64,000 nt of DNA from Marinicella sp. (GCA_965230295.1 OZ246001.1:2400001-2464000), one strand, 5' to 3'; positions 36,987 through 47,228 are shown, counted from the stretch's first letter. Translations and numbers: made by a program. The notes: a model not told the origin generated them from the letters alone.

Positions 36987-39165
36987 TGTCTAGTTTGGCG
37001 AATTTGACGGCCAAAACTTTGGGGCCAATGTCATTGAATTGCACCAATACTTGTAGGTAGTCACCTTTGCCGCTCATGTCAGTAATCACGCCTTCGCCAA
37101 AACTCTTGTGCCGCACTGTCTGGCCAATTTGATAAGGTGAGTCTGGTGTGTTTTGTGTTTGTGACTGATACGGGGTATGGACCCCATGATTACTGGCATA
37201 GCTGGTGGGGTGGATGTTACCGCGCATTTGTTTGATCAAATCTTTGGGAATTTCACGCAAGAATTGTGAAGGCTGACAGGCGTTGATTTTGCCTCGTATG
37301 CGCCGGGAAGTGGCATAGCTTAAAAACAATTGCTTTTCTGCTCGAGTGATGCCGACATAGGCCAATCGGCGCTCTTCCTGTAATTTATTGAAATCTTCCA
37401 TTGAGTTTTGGTGTGGGAACAAACCCTGTTCCATCCCTACAATGAACACGATGGGGAACTCCAGTCCTTTGGCAGAATGTAAAGTCATCAGTTGAACATG
37501 GGGTTCATTAACCTGGGTGGTGTCACCGGCATCCAAACTGACTTGAGCCAAGAAGGCAGCCAATGGTGTTAAACCCAATGCCAGATCTTCATCACTGATC
37601 TCAAAAGTTTCCGCTGCATTGATCAACTCATCCAAGTTTTCCAGACGCGTTTGCGCTTTTTCTGGGGGCTCTTTCAGGTAGTGGTCTTTCAGTGCTGTTC
37701 GTTCAATGATGTCTGAAAACAATTGAGCCAAGCTTTGATCGGTGTTGTTGTGTTCTAAATCATCGATTAAGTTAACGAAAGCCGCCAATGAGGTGGCCGC
37801 ACGATTGCTGAGTTTGCCGTCTTTGACCAGTTTTTGGCCAGATTCCCACAGGCTGGTTTGTTCGATTTGTGCATAATTGCGGATCAAGTTAATGGTTTTT
37901 AGTCCCATACCTCGTGTTGGGGTGTTGATCACCCGTTCAAAACCAATGTCATCATGCCGGTTGTTGATCAACCGGGCATAGGCCAACACATCTTTGATTT
38001 CTAACCGTTCGAAAAAGCGCAAACCACCATAGATTTGGTAAGGGATGCTGCGTTTCAACAAGGCTTCTTCAAGCAGTCTGGATTGGGCATTGGAGCGGTA
38101 TAAAATGGCTATTTCATCTGGGCTGGTGGTTTCGGCCAATAAGCCTTCAATGGACTCTCCGACAAAGAACGCTTCATCGAACTCAGAGTGTGAGCCGTAG
38201 ACTTTGACCAATTCGCCTTTTTCTTGGGCACTCCACAGATTTTTTCCCAGTCGTTTTTTGTTGTTGGTGATCACACCATTGGCTGCATCCAGGATGTTTT
38301 GGGTGGAACGGTAATTTTGTTCCAGCTTATACATGGCTGTGTTGGCGTACAGGTTTTGGAAGTCAAGGATGTGATCCACTTTGGCTCCTCGCCAGGCATA
38401 GATTGATTGGTCGTCATCACCCACCACCAAGACTTTATTGTCTTTACCCGCCAATAATTGAATGAAAGCCGATTGGATGGCATTGGTGTCTTGAAACTCA
38501 TCAACCAAGATGTGTGAAAATCTTTGGTGGTATTTATTCAATACAGTTTCGTCATTAAGCAACAACTCATGTGCGCGCAGCAGCATCTCTGAGAAATCCA
38601 CCAAACCTGCTCGCTGACAATGGTCGTCATAATGACCAAAAACCTTGATCAGGGTCTGGTTGTTGTAATCACCAAAATCTTCCACTTCATGGGCCCTGAG
38701 GCCGTCATTTTTCTTGTCATTGATGAAGGCTTGTACTGTTCTGGGTGGCCATTGTTTTTCATCCAATTCCAAGTCACTTAAACAGCGTCTGATCAGGCGG
38801 TATTGGTCGTCTGAATCCAGGATCTGGAAGTTTTTTGGTAAGCCAGCCGCTTCGGTGTTGATCTGGAGCAATTTCAAGGCAATGCCATGAAAGGTACCGA
38901 TCCACATGTCCCTGATTTCTCGTTTAAGCATGAAGGCAATGCGGTTGCGCATTTCAGCGGCTGCTTTGTTGGTGAAGGTGACTGCCAAAATGCTGTACGG
39001 CGATACAAATTCAGCTGAAATCAGCCAGGCGATGCGATGCACCAGGACTCGGGTTTTACCACTGCCGGCGCCGGCCAAAACCAAGGCATGTTGTGCTTCT
39101 GTGGTGACTGCCTCGGCTTGGTTTTCGTTGAGGTTTTTAAGGATGTCTTCTGTATTCAGCGTCAT
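36979..39165 (-). CDS. uvrD: DNA helicase II
   Basis: LAGAGSGKT, TFTNKAA, VDEFQDTN, VGDDDQSIY, TLHSAKGLEF, EERRLAYVGITRA, C-terminal GQTVRHKSFGEG domain. Confidence 0.95.
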   Translation of the reverse strand: MTLNTEDILKNLNENQAEAVTTEAQHALVLAGAGSGKTRVLVHRIAWLISAEFVSPYSILAVTFTNKAAAEMRNRIAFMLKREIRDMWIGTFHGIALKLLQINTEAAGLPKNFQILDSDDQYRLIRRCLSDLELDEKQWPPRTVQAFINDKKNDGLRAHEVEDFGDYNNQTLIKVFGHYDDHCQRAGLVDFSEMLLRAHELLLNDETVLNKYHQRFSHILVDEFQDTNAIQSAFIQLLAGKDNKVLVVGDDDQSIYAWRGAKVDHILDFQNLYANTAMYKLEQNYRSTQNILDAANGVITNNKKRLGKNLWSAQEKGELVKVYGSHSEFDEAFFVGESIEGLLAETTSPDEIAILYRSNAQSRLLEEALLKRSIPYQIYGGLRFFERLEIKDVLAYARLINNRHDDIGFERVINTPTRGMGLKTINLIRNYAQIEQTSLWESGQKLVKDGKLSNRAATSLAAFVNLIDDLEHNNTDQSLAQLFSDIIERTALKDHYLKEPPEKAQTRLENLDELINAAETFEISDEDLALGLTPLAAFLAQVSLDAGDTTQVNEPHVQLMTLHSAKGLEFPIVFIVGMEQGLFPHQNSMEDFNKLQEERRLAYVGITRAEKQLFLSYATSRRIRGKINACQPSQFLREIPKDLIKQMRGNIHPTSYASNHGVHTPYQSQTQNTPDSPYQIGQTVRHKSFGEGVITDMSGKGDYLQVLVQFNDIGPKVLAVKFAKLDII

Positions 39166-40310
39166 AATAACCAGTTGAGGTTGTCGGCGAATGCCTGTGT
39201 GGTTTTTGTCATGTCATCACCCATGGATTGTAGAATGTGTTCTTCAATCATGGCAACGCCTTGTGGAGTTACGGGGTAATGTATTTCAATGTTTTGATCA
39301 AACGGGTTTGGTGCACTGATGGCAACCACCCCGGCATGCTCATCTTGATGGATGACCATCATATCAGGATGATCGTCACTGTGAACAGCTGTCTCAGACC
39401 AATATGAGCTTTTAATCCTTTGCTGTTCAAATTGGCCCAGACAGACCTTGTCTTGGCTGATCGGCCATTGGCTGGCTTTGAATGCTTTGATCTCCAGGCC
39501 ATGGGCGGTGAACGCCCCCAACGACAAGCGTTGTGCCATCAGCCAGTTGATGTAATCCTGGCTGTCATTGGTTTGAAAAAACTGACTGTATTGAGACCAT
39601 GAGAAATAAGGCGTGAACAACAAATGGTCAACCAGATAAAAGTGGTTGTTGGTTGAGGTTTGTACGGCTGTTTTTGGATCCTTGCCAACCAGAGCTGTTT
39701 CAATAACTTGCCACAAATGGCTTAAACCCATCTGTTCATAATGGTTGTGCATCATGGCCACCAGATCCAAATACGTCATGTAATTGGCGTGGTTTATGGT
39801 ATTGATACCCGTTGGGTTAAGCAGTCGATTCAAGCACTCATAAGTGGGGGGTGAAACCATGCCTTTGTGCATCAATGATGATTCGAACAGTTCAGCCAAT
39901 TGATCGTCATTGGTATACAAACAAAAAGGCAGGTGTAGCAGGTTTTGTTGGCTGGCATGCGGTTCTAAACCAGCAGGCATAGAGCCATTTTTGGCGCCAA
40001 TTGACAGTACTTGACCGGCATTCATTTCACCCTGAAAAGCCGCTGAGGCGTATTGGCTTATGTGGGTTTGAATGGGAAATTTGGGTTGTAACAACTGTTC
40101 TGTCGGGAAAGCAGCGCCACAAACCACCATGGCTGCCTGATCAGTTATTTTCAATAAAGCATGTAGATCTTTCGATACCAAGGCGGTCAATTCGCTGGCT
40201 TGGTCTTTATTCAATTTAGGAAGATTCGGTGTCTGACACTCCAAAGTCAACATGCCATCACATTGGAACAGATAATTCATTGTGATGCCATCATCCTGGA
40301 TGACCTTCAT
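39162..40310 (-). CDS. Hypothetical cytoplasmic protein between engB and uvrD; start may be 40280
   Basis: 382-codon ORF translationally coupled to uvrD (4-bp overlap); no motif recognised. Confidence 0.7.
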   Translation of the reverse strand: MKVIQDDGITMNYLFQCDGMLTLECQTPNLPKLNKDQASELTALVSKDLHALLKITDQAAMVVCGAAFPTEQLLQPKFPIQTHISQYASAAFQGEMNAGQVLSIGAKNGSMPAGLEPHASQQNLLHLPFCLYTNDDQLAELFESSLMHKGMVSPPTYECLNRLLNPTGINTINHANYMTYLDLVAMMHNHYEQMGLSHLWQVIETALVGKDPKTAVQTSTNNHFYLVDHLLFTPYFSWSQYSQFFQTNDSQDYINWLMAQRLSLGAFTAHGLEIKAFKASQWPISQDKVCLGQFEQQRIKSSYWSETAVHSDDHPDMMVIHQDEHAGVVAISAPNPFDQNIEIHYPVTPQGVAMIEEHILQSMGDDMTKTTQAFADNLNWLL

Positions 40311-40899
40311 TAAACCAAGGGGTCAAAACTTGTGACAATTCGACGGTACCTCTGTGGCGTAAAGCGGAAAATACCTGACAGGTTGTCGATTGGCTGTACT
40401 GGGTAATTGCTCGCTCTACCTTCATCAAGGTTTTTTTAATTTCATTGTTATTGAGTTTGTCAGCTTTGTTCAGTAGCACATGAGAGTGCAAACCAGATTC
40501 ATGTGCCCAGGTTAACATTTGTTCATCAAATTTTTTCATGGGATGCCTGATGTCCATGATGATAACCACACCGATTAAACTTTGTCGATTCATTAAATAG
40601 GAGTCAATTTCTTTGTCCCAATGCTTTTTCATTTTCATTGGCACTTTGGCATAACCATAGCCGGGTAAATCCACCAGCCGCATATTGGGTTTGAATTCAA
40701 AGCAATTGAATAGCTGTGTACGCCCAGGCGTTTTGGATACTTTGGCCAGGCCTTTGTGGTTGGTCAAAGCGTTGATGGTGGTTGATTTACCCGCATTGGA
40801 ACGACCGGCAAATGCAATTTCCATGCCATCATCTTCAGGTAATTGGCTGGTTTTATAGGCGCTGATCAAAAATTCACAGTGACTGAACAGGTTTGACAT
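40291..40899 (-). CDS. engB: Ribosome biogenesis GTPase EngB/YihA
   Basis: GRSNAGKS, SKTPGRT, DLPGYG, NKAD. Confidence 0.96.
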   Translation of the reverse strand: MSNLFSHCEFLISAYKTSQLPEDDGMEIAFAGRSNAGKSTTINALTNHKGLAKVSKTPGRTQLFNCFEFKPNMRLVDLPGYGYAKVPMKMKKHWDKEIDSYLMNRQSLIGVVIIMDIRHPMKKFDEQMLTWAHESGLHSHVLLNKADKLNNNEIKKTLMKVERAITQYSQSTTCQVFSALRHRGTVELSQVLTPWFNEGHPG

Positions 40900-41076
40900 G
40901 GGTGTTGGTTGGATACAAAAGGGCTATTTTAAATGAGATGAAGAAATTTTGATATGGTTGGAGCCTGTGAATGTACCATCGAGATGACAAAATATTTGGC
41001 AGCAGCTATGTTATGTTGTTGAGTTAATAAGCTATAATACTGCGTTTTTGAAGAAAGCAAACCATCAGGGGTTTTT

Positions 41077-41703
41077 ATGCAAAGAAACATGATTAAATTT
41101 TTCGTGCCAGTATTGTTGCTGTTATCTGTCAATTTAATGGCTGCTGATGCCGATAAAGGCAAAGCGTTGTCAGCCACTTGTGCAGCTTGTCATGGTGGTG
41201 ATGGCAACAGCATCAATCCAATCTGGCCCAGTTTAGCAGGTCAGCATGAGGGCTTCTTGGTCAGACAAATAACAATGTTCAAAAACGGCCAACGTGAAAA
41301 CGCCATGATGGCGCCCATGGTGTCTGGACTGTCTGATCAAGACATTGCTGATTTGGCTGCTTATTTTGCCAGTCAGGAAATGACTTTAAAAGCAGCCGAC
41401 CCCGGCTCGGTTGAGTTAGGTAAGAAAATTTACCAAGCTGGTGATGCCGACAGAAACATCCCTGCCTGTATGTCATGTCATGGACCAACGGGTCAAGGCA
41501 ATCCATTGTCAGGATACCCGGTATTGGCCAATCAACATGCTGCCTATACAGTGCTACAATTAAAAGCCTATAAAGCGGGTAGGAAATCGGCCGACCAAGA
41601 TGACGTGAATGGCCAAGTTATGGCCGGCGTTGCTCAATACATGACTGATGAAGAAATTGAAGCCGTTTCAAGTTACTTACAAGGTCTTAAGGCTGCGCAA
41701 TAA
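41077..41703 (+). CDS. Dihaem cytochrome c4
   Basis: Signal peptide, CAACH and CMSCH, PSLAGQ and PVLANQ; conserved engB-c4-dsbA synteny. Confidence 0.93.
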   Translation: MQRNMIKFFVPVLLLLSVNLMAADADKGKALSATCAACHGGDGNSINPIWPSLAGQHEGFLVRQITMFKNGQRENAMMAPMVSGLSDQDIADLAAYFASQEMTLKAADPGSVELGKKIYQAGDADRNIPACMSCHGPTGQGNPLSGYPVLANQHAAYTVLQLKAYKAGRKSADQDDVNGQVMAGVAQYMTDEEIEAVSSYLQGLKAAQ

Positions 41704-41769
41704 AGCGAAAGAAACTGAAACTAATTCCAATAAATAAAGTCAAAATGCCAAATTTTACGAGGATCTAAT

Positions 41770-42519
41770 ATGAAATCATTTACCCTGTTTATTTCTGTGA
41801 TGTTGTTTTGGGGTTGTTCTCAAGCAGAAAATCAAGAAGAAGTGAAAGCCGCTGTTAAGGCAGAAGCCAAAGAAGTTGTGGCTGAACAAGTGGCAGAAAT
41901 TAAAGAAGCTGTCAGTGATAAAATCACTGAAAAAGCCACCGCCAAATACCAACCAGGCATTCACTATCAAGTGCTCAACCCAGCTTGGGACACCAAAAGT
42001 GAAGATGCTGTGATCGTTTATGAATTCTTCAGTTACATGTGTCAACACTGCGCTACATTTGAGCCTTATATGCATAAGCTGGATTCGCAATTACCCAAAA
42101 ATGCCAGAATAGTCCGTGTTCCAGTGGTTTTTTATCCTCAATGGAAACCCTACGCACAAGCCTACTACACTTTCGAAGCCATGGGTTTGGTAGGGTCGGC
42201 TCATGAGGGCATGTTCAAGGCAATCCACCAGCACAAAAAACAGTTCAGAACGATCGATGAGATTGCTGAATGGGTGGCTAAGTCTTACGGTGTAAACAAA
42301 GACGAGTTTTTATCAACAGCCAAATCATTCATGGTTGACGGGCAAATCCGCAAAGGCATGCAAATGATGCAAGCCATGGGTGTTTCATCAACCCCTACTT
42401 TGATCACCAATGGCAAATACACACCAAATACCAAGGCACTAAAAAGCAGACAAGACCTGATTGATGTGACCGACTATCTGGTTGATGTTGAGCTTGAGGG
42501 TATGGGCTTGGCTGAATAA
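41770..42519 (+). CDS. dsbA: Thiol:disulfide oxidoreductase DsbA-family lipoprotein (CQHC)
   Basis: Lipobox FWGC, EFFSYMCQHC, GVSSTPT, NGKY. Confidence 0.88.
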   Translation: MKSFTLFISVMLFWGCSQAENQEEVKAAVKAEAKEVVAEQVAEIKEAVSDKITEKATAKYQPGIHYQVLNPAWDTKSEDAVIVYEFFSYMCQHCATFEPYMHKLDSQLPKNARIVRVPVVFYPQWKPYAQAYYTFEAMGLVGSAHEGMFKAIHQHKKQFRTIDEIAEWVAKSYGVNKDEFLSTAKSFMVDGQIRKGMQMMQAMGVSSTPTLITNGKYTPNTKALKSRQDLIDVTDYLVDVELEGMGLAE

Positions 42520-42538
42520 ACCTTTGGCCAATTGATTT

Positions 42539-42567
42539 AAAAAAACCGACTTCTGGTCGGTTTTTTT
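42539..42567 (+). terminator. Intrinsic terminator between the two dsbA genes
   Basis: AAAAAAACCGAC-TTCTG-GTCGGTTTTTTT. Confidence 0.85.
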
Positions 42568-42647
42568 GTACCTGAAGATTATTTCTATTTCGATGAAACT
42601 TTACGCATCAAAGACCGTCTATTTATTTTTTATTACCGAGAAAAATT

Positions 42648-43301
42648 ATGAGGGTTTTGATTGCAGGGATTTTAATTTCCATGGCCGGCACTGTTCTTTA
42701 CGCACAAAGTAAACCAGAGTCTGAATTGGCTTCACAGGAGGTACCGGAACAGAAATTTCAAGCCGGTGTGCACTATGAACTGCTCAGTCCAGCATGGGAA
42801 AGTGCTGAAAAAGAGGCTGTGGTTTATGAGTTCTTCAGCTACATGTGCCCAGGTTGTAATGCTTTTGAACCTTATATGGAACAACTGCAAGGCAGAATGA
42901 ATGAGTCACAAAAGATCATCAGGGTACCTGTGGCTTTTTATCCGCAATGGGAACCACACGCCAAGGCTTTTCATGCATTAAAAATGATGGATGAGCTTGA
43001 TCGCGTTCATAAAGCTTTGTTTGCTGCGATTCATCAATACAAAAAACCGTTGCGAACTTTAGAGGATTTGGCTGCTTGGCTGTCTGACTCGTTTGGGATT
43101 GATGAGCAGAAGTTTTTAGCAACAGCCAAATCATTTGCGGTTGACAGTCAAATGCGCAGAAGCAAAAAAATGGCACAAGCCATGGGCGTTGGCAGGGTGC
43201 CAACACTGGTGGTCAACGGCCAATATAAACCCAGCTTTGATACATTAAAAACACCTGACAATATTCTGGCGGCGACTGTCAATCTGCTCGAACAAAAGTA
43301 A
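42648..43301 (+). CDS. dsbA: Second DsbA-family protein (CPGC)
   Basis: Signal peptide, EFFSYMCPGC, GVGRVPT, NGQY; collinear with 41770-42519. Confidence 0.88.
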   Translation: MRVLIAGILISMAGTVLYAQSKPESELASQEVPEQKFQAGVHYELLSPAWESAEKEAVVYEFFSYMCPGCNAFEPYMEQLQGRMNESQKIIRVPVAFYPQWEPHAKAFHALKMMDELDRVHKALFAAIHQYKKPLRTLEDLAAWLSDSFGIDEQKFLATAKSFAVDSQMRRSKKMAQAMGVGRVPTLVVNGQYKPSFDTLKTPDNILAATVNLLEQK

Positions 43302-43367
43302 CGGCCCTCATCATCAGTTCAGTTACAATACAGAATCAAGGGTGACTGAAAAATACGGAGATGATGA

Positions 43368-43958
43368 ATGAAAAAATTAACTGTTTGGATAGCAGGCTTG
43401 CTGTTAATAAGCAGCCAATGTCTGGCATCGGGTTTGGTGTCACCTGACAGCGTGGTCAAAGGTGATGATGTTACCGATGCCCAATATGTCGATATGGATG
43501 AATTCTGTCAAGCCAATCCCTGCCGCAAAAATGTTCACTTTTTATTAAGGACTGAACAGGGCAAGATTGATCAGAAAGCAGCTGTTTACTGGCCAGTGGT
43601 GCAGGGTGACAAGATTTCATTGTTGGCCGGAGAAAAAATATTCATAGAAGCCAAGGTGGTGAACAAGCAGTTAACAGATTACGTTGCAGTGGCCAACTCA
43701 CAACAAGCCATTTCATTTGATTTGTCACAAAATGAAGACAACTTAGGCATGATGCTGGTGGTTAAGAACCCATTTGAATTTCCGATCAAGGTCAGTATCG
43801 ATATGATCGATTTTGAGGGCAACTTACATGAAACTTCAAGCTGTCCTGTCATTGCTGGCGGGTCGGTATTTGAAATGTGGCCACACCCCATTCCAGAAAT
43901 ACTGATTTCTGATGTCAGAAGGCTGGGTGAAGATGAAGGTATGAGCTGTGTGTACTGA
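43368..43958 (+). CDS. Secreted hypothetical protein
   Basis: GGAG RBS, signal peptide, FCQANPCR and ETSSCPV...FEMWPHPI motifs. Confidence 0.7.
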   Translation: MKKLTVWIAGLLLISSQCLASGLVSPDSVVKGDDVTDAQYVDMDEFCQANPCRKNVHFLLRTEQGKIDQKAAVYWPVVQGDKISLLAGEKIFIEAKVVNKQLTDYVAVANSQQAISFDLSQNEDNLGMMLVVKNPFEFPIKVSIDMIDFEGNLHETSSCPVIAGGSVFEMWPHPIPEILISDVRRLGEDEGMSCVY

Positions 43959-43963
43959 TAGAA

Positions 43964-44003
43964 ACCAACCCTTGATACTGGTCAAATAACAGCAAGGGTT
44001 GGT
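43964..44003. terminator. Bidirectional terminator-like hairpin
   Basis: ACCAACCCTTG...CAAGGGTTGGT between convergent genes. Confidence 0.7.
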
Positions 44004-44021
44004 GTTTTCAATGGATCGTGC

Positions 44022-45026
44022 TTAAAATGCCTTTTGCCACCCGATTGTGAAACTGTTTGTTGACTTCATTTGGGTGCCTGCCAAATCTTGTATGATCGGG
44101 CGGCTGAACTCAATTGCCAGCCGGTGACCATTGGTCCAATTGTTGGCGTTTGACACGTAATTCAAACCCAGATTTAAGGTGAGCCAATCACCGCCACTGT
44201 TATTGGCATCGGCGGTGGGTGTCATGTTGGTCATCATCATCAAGCGTGCGTCACTGCCTTTGATGCTTTGTCGGTTTTTCGCCTCGAGTCTACCGGATAG
44301 GCTCCAGGATTGTGTCATGGGCTTGGCCACCCAAAAGTTGATTTTATTTTCATGGCCCAGCCGGTAATCTTGGGAATTCTCGCCAGTTCTAATGGTGCTC
44401 AGCCATTGGGCACCCATGCTGATTTCATCACTGTATTGGTTCCATGTCAGGCCAACATTCATGTCATAAGTTCCTGAACCTAAACGCATGGGGTAGGGCA
44501 GCAGTGAGTCGGGCCCCATGGGTGTGTTGTCTCTTGGGTTGATGCTGCCTGTTGGTATGCTGATACCTATGTTGAGGTGCAGGTGATTGTTTTTCCAATT
44601 GTTCAATCCAACCAATGCACTGATGTGGCTGTCACCCACACCATCCGATTGTGTTCGGAAGCGATTGCCCATGCGATTTTGTATCAACATGTCTTGGCGG
44701 TGATAATTCAACATGGCCATTAAAGTGATTTTATCGGTGGGTGCATACATGGCACCAAGCATGTGCATTTCCATGTCCATGTTCACAGGTACCAACATAA
44801 AATCCTGTAAGGCTGATGTGGTTGTGAGGTCTTTGGTTCCCTGCCTTAAACCTAACATTGACATGTTCATGTAACGGTAGGAGAACATCCAGTCATCTTG
44901 CTGGTGGGTATGGTCACCCATGACACCTATGGGTGCATGTGAAATGGCCCAATGTGTTTGCTGTTGATCTGCCAAAGTGAGTTGCGCAACAGACAGCGCC
45001 AATCCTATAGAGAAAAGTTTTTTCAT
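44022..45026 (-). CDS. His/Met-rich outer-membrane beta-barrel 'transporter' (MetA-pathway/SphA-like), possibly metal uptake
   Basis: SHAPIGVMGDHTH, WMFSYRYMNMSM, MDMEMHMLGAMY, GVGD, PTGS, LGSGTYD, C-terminal GWQKAF beta-signal. Confidence 0.78.
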   Translation of the reverse strand: MKKLFSIGLALSVAQLTLADQQQTHWAISHAPIGVMGDHTHQQDDWMFSYRYMNMSMLGLRQGTKDLTTTSALQDFMLVPVNMDMEMHMLGAMYAPTDKITLMAMLNYHRQDMLIQNRMGNRFRTQSDGVGDSHISALVGLNNWKNNHLHLNIGISIPTGSINPRDNTPMGPDSLLPYPMRLGSGTYDMNVGLTWNQYSDEISMGAQWLSTIRTGENSQDYRLGHENKINFWVAKPMTQSWSLSGRLEAKNRQSIKGSDARLMMMTNMTPTADANNSGGDWLTLNLGLNYVSNANNWTNGHRLAIEFSRPIIQDLAGTQMKSTNSFTIGWQKAF

Positions 45027-45087
45027 GGTTTGTCGATATCATCGGTATTGATTGGCCCGCATTGTAGGTTTTTTTATTGGTTTTGTA

Positions 45088-45108
45088 CCTGTGACAAATT
45101 GTCGCAGG
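45088..45108. promoter_or_regulatory. RegA/PrrA/RegR-type binding site
   Basis: CCTGTGACAA-A-TTGTCGCAGG near-perfect palindrome resembling the GCGRC..GNCGC RegA-family box, between the barrel gene and regB. Confidence 0.65.
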
Positions 45109-45199
45109 CGTGGTATTTGCTGAATTTATCTGTATACTTAGCACCTAAGTGCACCCTTAACAAAATTTCCACTGGATTCACAGCCTCAGACCACTTGTC

Positions 45200-46372
45200 A
45201 TGAATAACTTATTCTTCTACAGACTCGCCATCATAACCGGGCAAGTGGCGTTGATGATTGTCAATGTCTTTTGGCCTTTGTGGTCACCGGTAAATGTGAT
45301 TTTGTGGTTGGCTTGTGTGGGCTACTTCAGTACCCTCATATTTGTTCAAATAGGCCTGAAGAATCAATCTGATGAGGTGCATCAGAAATCAAGCTTTCTG
45401 TTGTTGGATCTGTTGATGTGGGGGCTGTTTTTTTATTTTTTGAATGGTGTCAGCAATCCGCTGATTTGGTGTTTGTTGATTCCATCGGTGCTCAGTGCAT
45501 TAAGTCAACAGGTTTCATTCACATGGTTGCTAACATTGTTAGCCAACGTCACCTATTTGTTGTTGTGGTGGCTGACGCCTGCTGAATCAATACATGCCGG
45601 TCATGGCGATTCAATGCAGCAACACATCACCGGCATGTGGCTGGGATTCATCGCGGTGTCTTTTTTACTGACATGGGCAACCACCACCTTGATGCAACGC
45701 CTGGATGCCAAGAATGAATCCATAATAAATTTTGAAAAGCAGCAGCAAGCCGATCAGAACATAATGAAGATGGCAACCTTAGCGACCAGTCTGGCACATG
45801 AGTTGGGTACACCATTGGCCAGCATTAAACTGTTGGTAGAAGAGCTGAAACATGGATTGAGTTCACCGCAACAAATCCAAGATCTAGAGGTTTTGGACTC
45901 ACAAGTGATGCGTTGTAAAGCGGTGTTGGCCGAATTAACAGCTGTCACTGAAAAGAGTCATTTGGATGATGCCAAATTACAACCTGTCATTGAATTCATC
46001 AATGAAATCGTCCAAGCATCGACCAGTGTGCATGGCGTTCTGAAGGTGATAGAAAACCAGGCTGGAAAAGTTTTGATCAGGGTGGATTCATTGTTGCATT
46101 TAGCCTGTCTTAATGTGTTGAATAATGCAGTGTCTGCCGGCGCTGAAAAAATCACCATCATACTGTCTGATGAAACAACACATGTCCGAATCAGTATCAC
46201 TGATGATGGCGCAGGGAAGGCCCACCGCAATGCTGACGGGCTGGGGATAGGTCTGGAGCTGACCACCAGAATCGTTAAATCTATCGGTGGCAGCCTGTCA
46301 TTTAACCGGGGTGAATCCGGAGCCCGGTGTTTACTTGATATTCCATCAGTAAAGGGTGGTGGACATGCCTAA
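45200..46372 (+). CDS. regB: RegB/PrrB/ActS-like sensor kinase
   Basis: About 5-6 TMs, NGVSNPL, QHITGMW, H-box LAHELGTPL, VMRCK Cys, GLGIGL. Confidence 0.82.
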   Translation: MNNLFFYRLAIITGQVALMIVNVFWPLWSPVNVILWLACVGYFSTLIFVQIGLKNQSDEVHQKSSFLLLDLLMWGLFFYFLNGVSNPLIWCLLIPSVLSALSQQVSFTWLLTLLANVTYLLLWWLTPAESIHAGHGDSMQQHITGMWLGFIAVSFLLTWATTTLMQRLDAKNESIINFEKQQQADQNIMKMATLATSLAHELGTPLASIKLLVEELKHGLSSPQQIQDLEVLDSQVMRCKAVLAELTAVTEKSHLDDAKLQPVIEFINEIVQASTSVHGVLKVIENQAGKVLIRVDSLLHLACLNVLNNAVSAGAEKITIILSDETTHVRISITDDGAGKAHRNADGLGIGLELTTRIVKSIGGSLSFNRGESGARCLLDIPSVKGGGHA

Positions 46373-46895
46373 ACGACTCTTGATTGTGGATGATGATGCG
46401 ATCTTGCGTTACAGTTTGGTGCGCGCCTTTTCACGATACGGGTTTGAAATGTTTGAAGCTGGGTCCATGAGTGAAGCACAACAAAACATCAAAAAGCATG
46501 ACATTCAATGGGTGGTTTTAGACCTCAAGCTGGGTAGTGAATCAGGCTTGGCAGTGGCCCAATGGATGCTTCAGGAAAAGCAGGACATACAAATTGTCAT
46601 CATTACTGGTTATGCCTCAGTCAGCACTGCGGTTGAAGCCATCAAGATTGGTGTGAAGAACTACTTAATCAAGCCCACCAGCGTAGAGGACATCATCCAG
46701 GCTTTTGAAAGTCATGAACTCAATGCCCATCAATCGATCAAGCAACAACCGATGTCACCCAAACGTTTAGAGTGGGAACACATTCAAAAAGTACTGCTTG
46801 AATACAATGGCAATGTTTCGCAAGCTGCACGCGCATTGAATATGCACCGTCGGACCTTGCAACGAAAACTGCAAAAAAAACCGGTAAAGGATTGA
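46365..46895 (+). CDS. regA: RegA/PrrA/ActR-family response regulator
   Basis: IVDDD, LDLKL, TGYASVSTAVEAIK, MSPKRLEWEHIQKVL, NVSQAARALNMHRRTLQRKL. Confidence 0.92.
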   Translation: MPKRLLIVDDDAILRYSLVRAFSRYGFEMFEAGSMSEAQQNIKKHDIQWVVLDLKLGSESGLAVAQWMLQEKQDIQIVIITGYASVSTAVEAIKIGVKNYLIKPTSVEDIIQAFESHELNAHQSIKQQPMSPKRLEWEHIQKVLLEYNGNVSQAARALNMHRRTLQRKLQKKPVKD

Positions 46896-47228
46896 ATAAA
46901 GAGCCCCGCGAATTTCACTGATAAAAGGAGCCAAATACCATGCGAAAGCGTACCTGGCTCTGAGGTGAAAAGTTGCTGATCAGTGACTGAAAGGGAATGG
47001 GGTGCCAATACAGACACAGGTGTAATACCAAACGATGTCAGGTTGGTTTCTACCACCTTGGTCGTTCCAAGGGCCGATCCAGTCTGTGTATGGATGACAT
47101 ACTTGCTCTTGACAATGTCCAGTGCCCAACGAACACCAGCCATTGAACGAACAAGTTTTTTAAGGACAGGGTGCAGGTTGTCCATTGGTGAAGGCAATGA
47201 CAACAGGCCTCAAACGATGAAAAATAAA

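Noticed and set aside
46940-46992. TGA read-through (selenoprotein) ORF after an AAGGAG RBS
   Set aside because: Two TGAs without a redox motif or evident SECIS hairpin, and no recognisable product.
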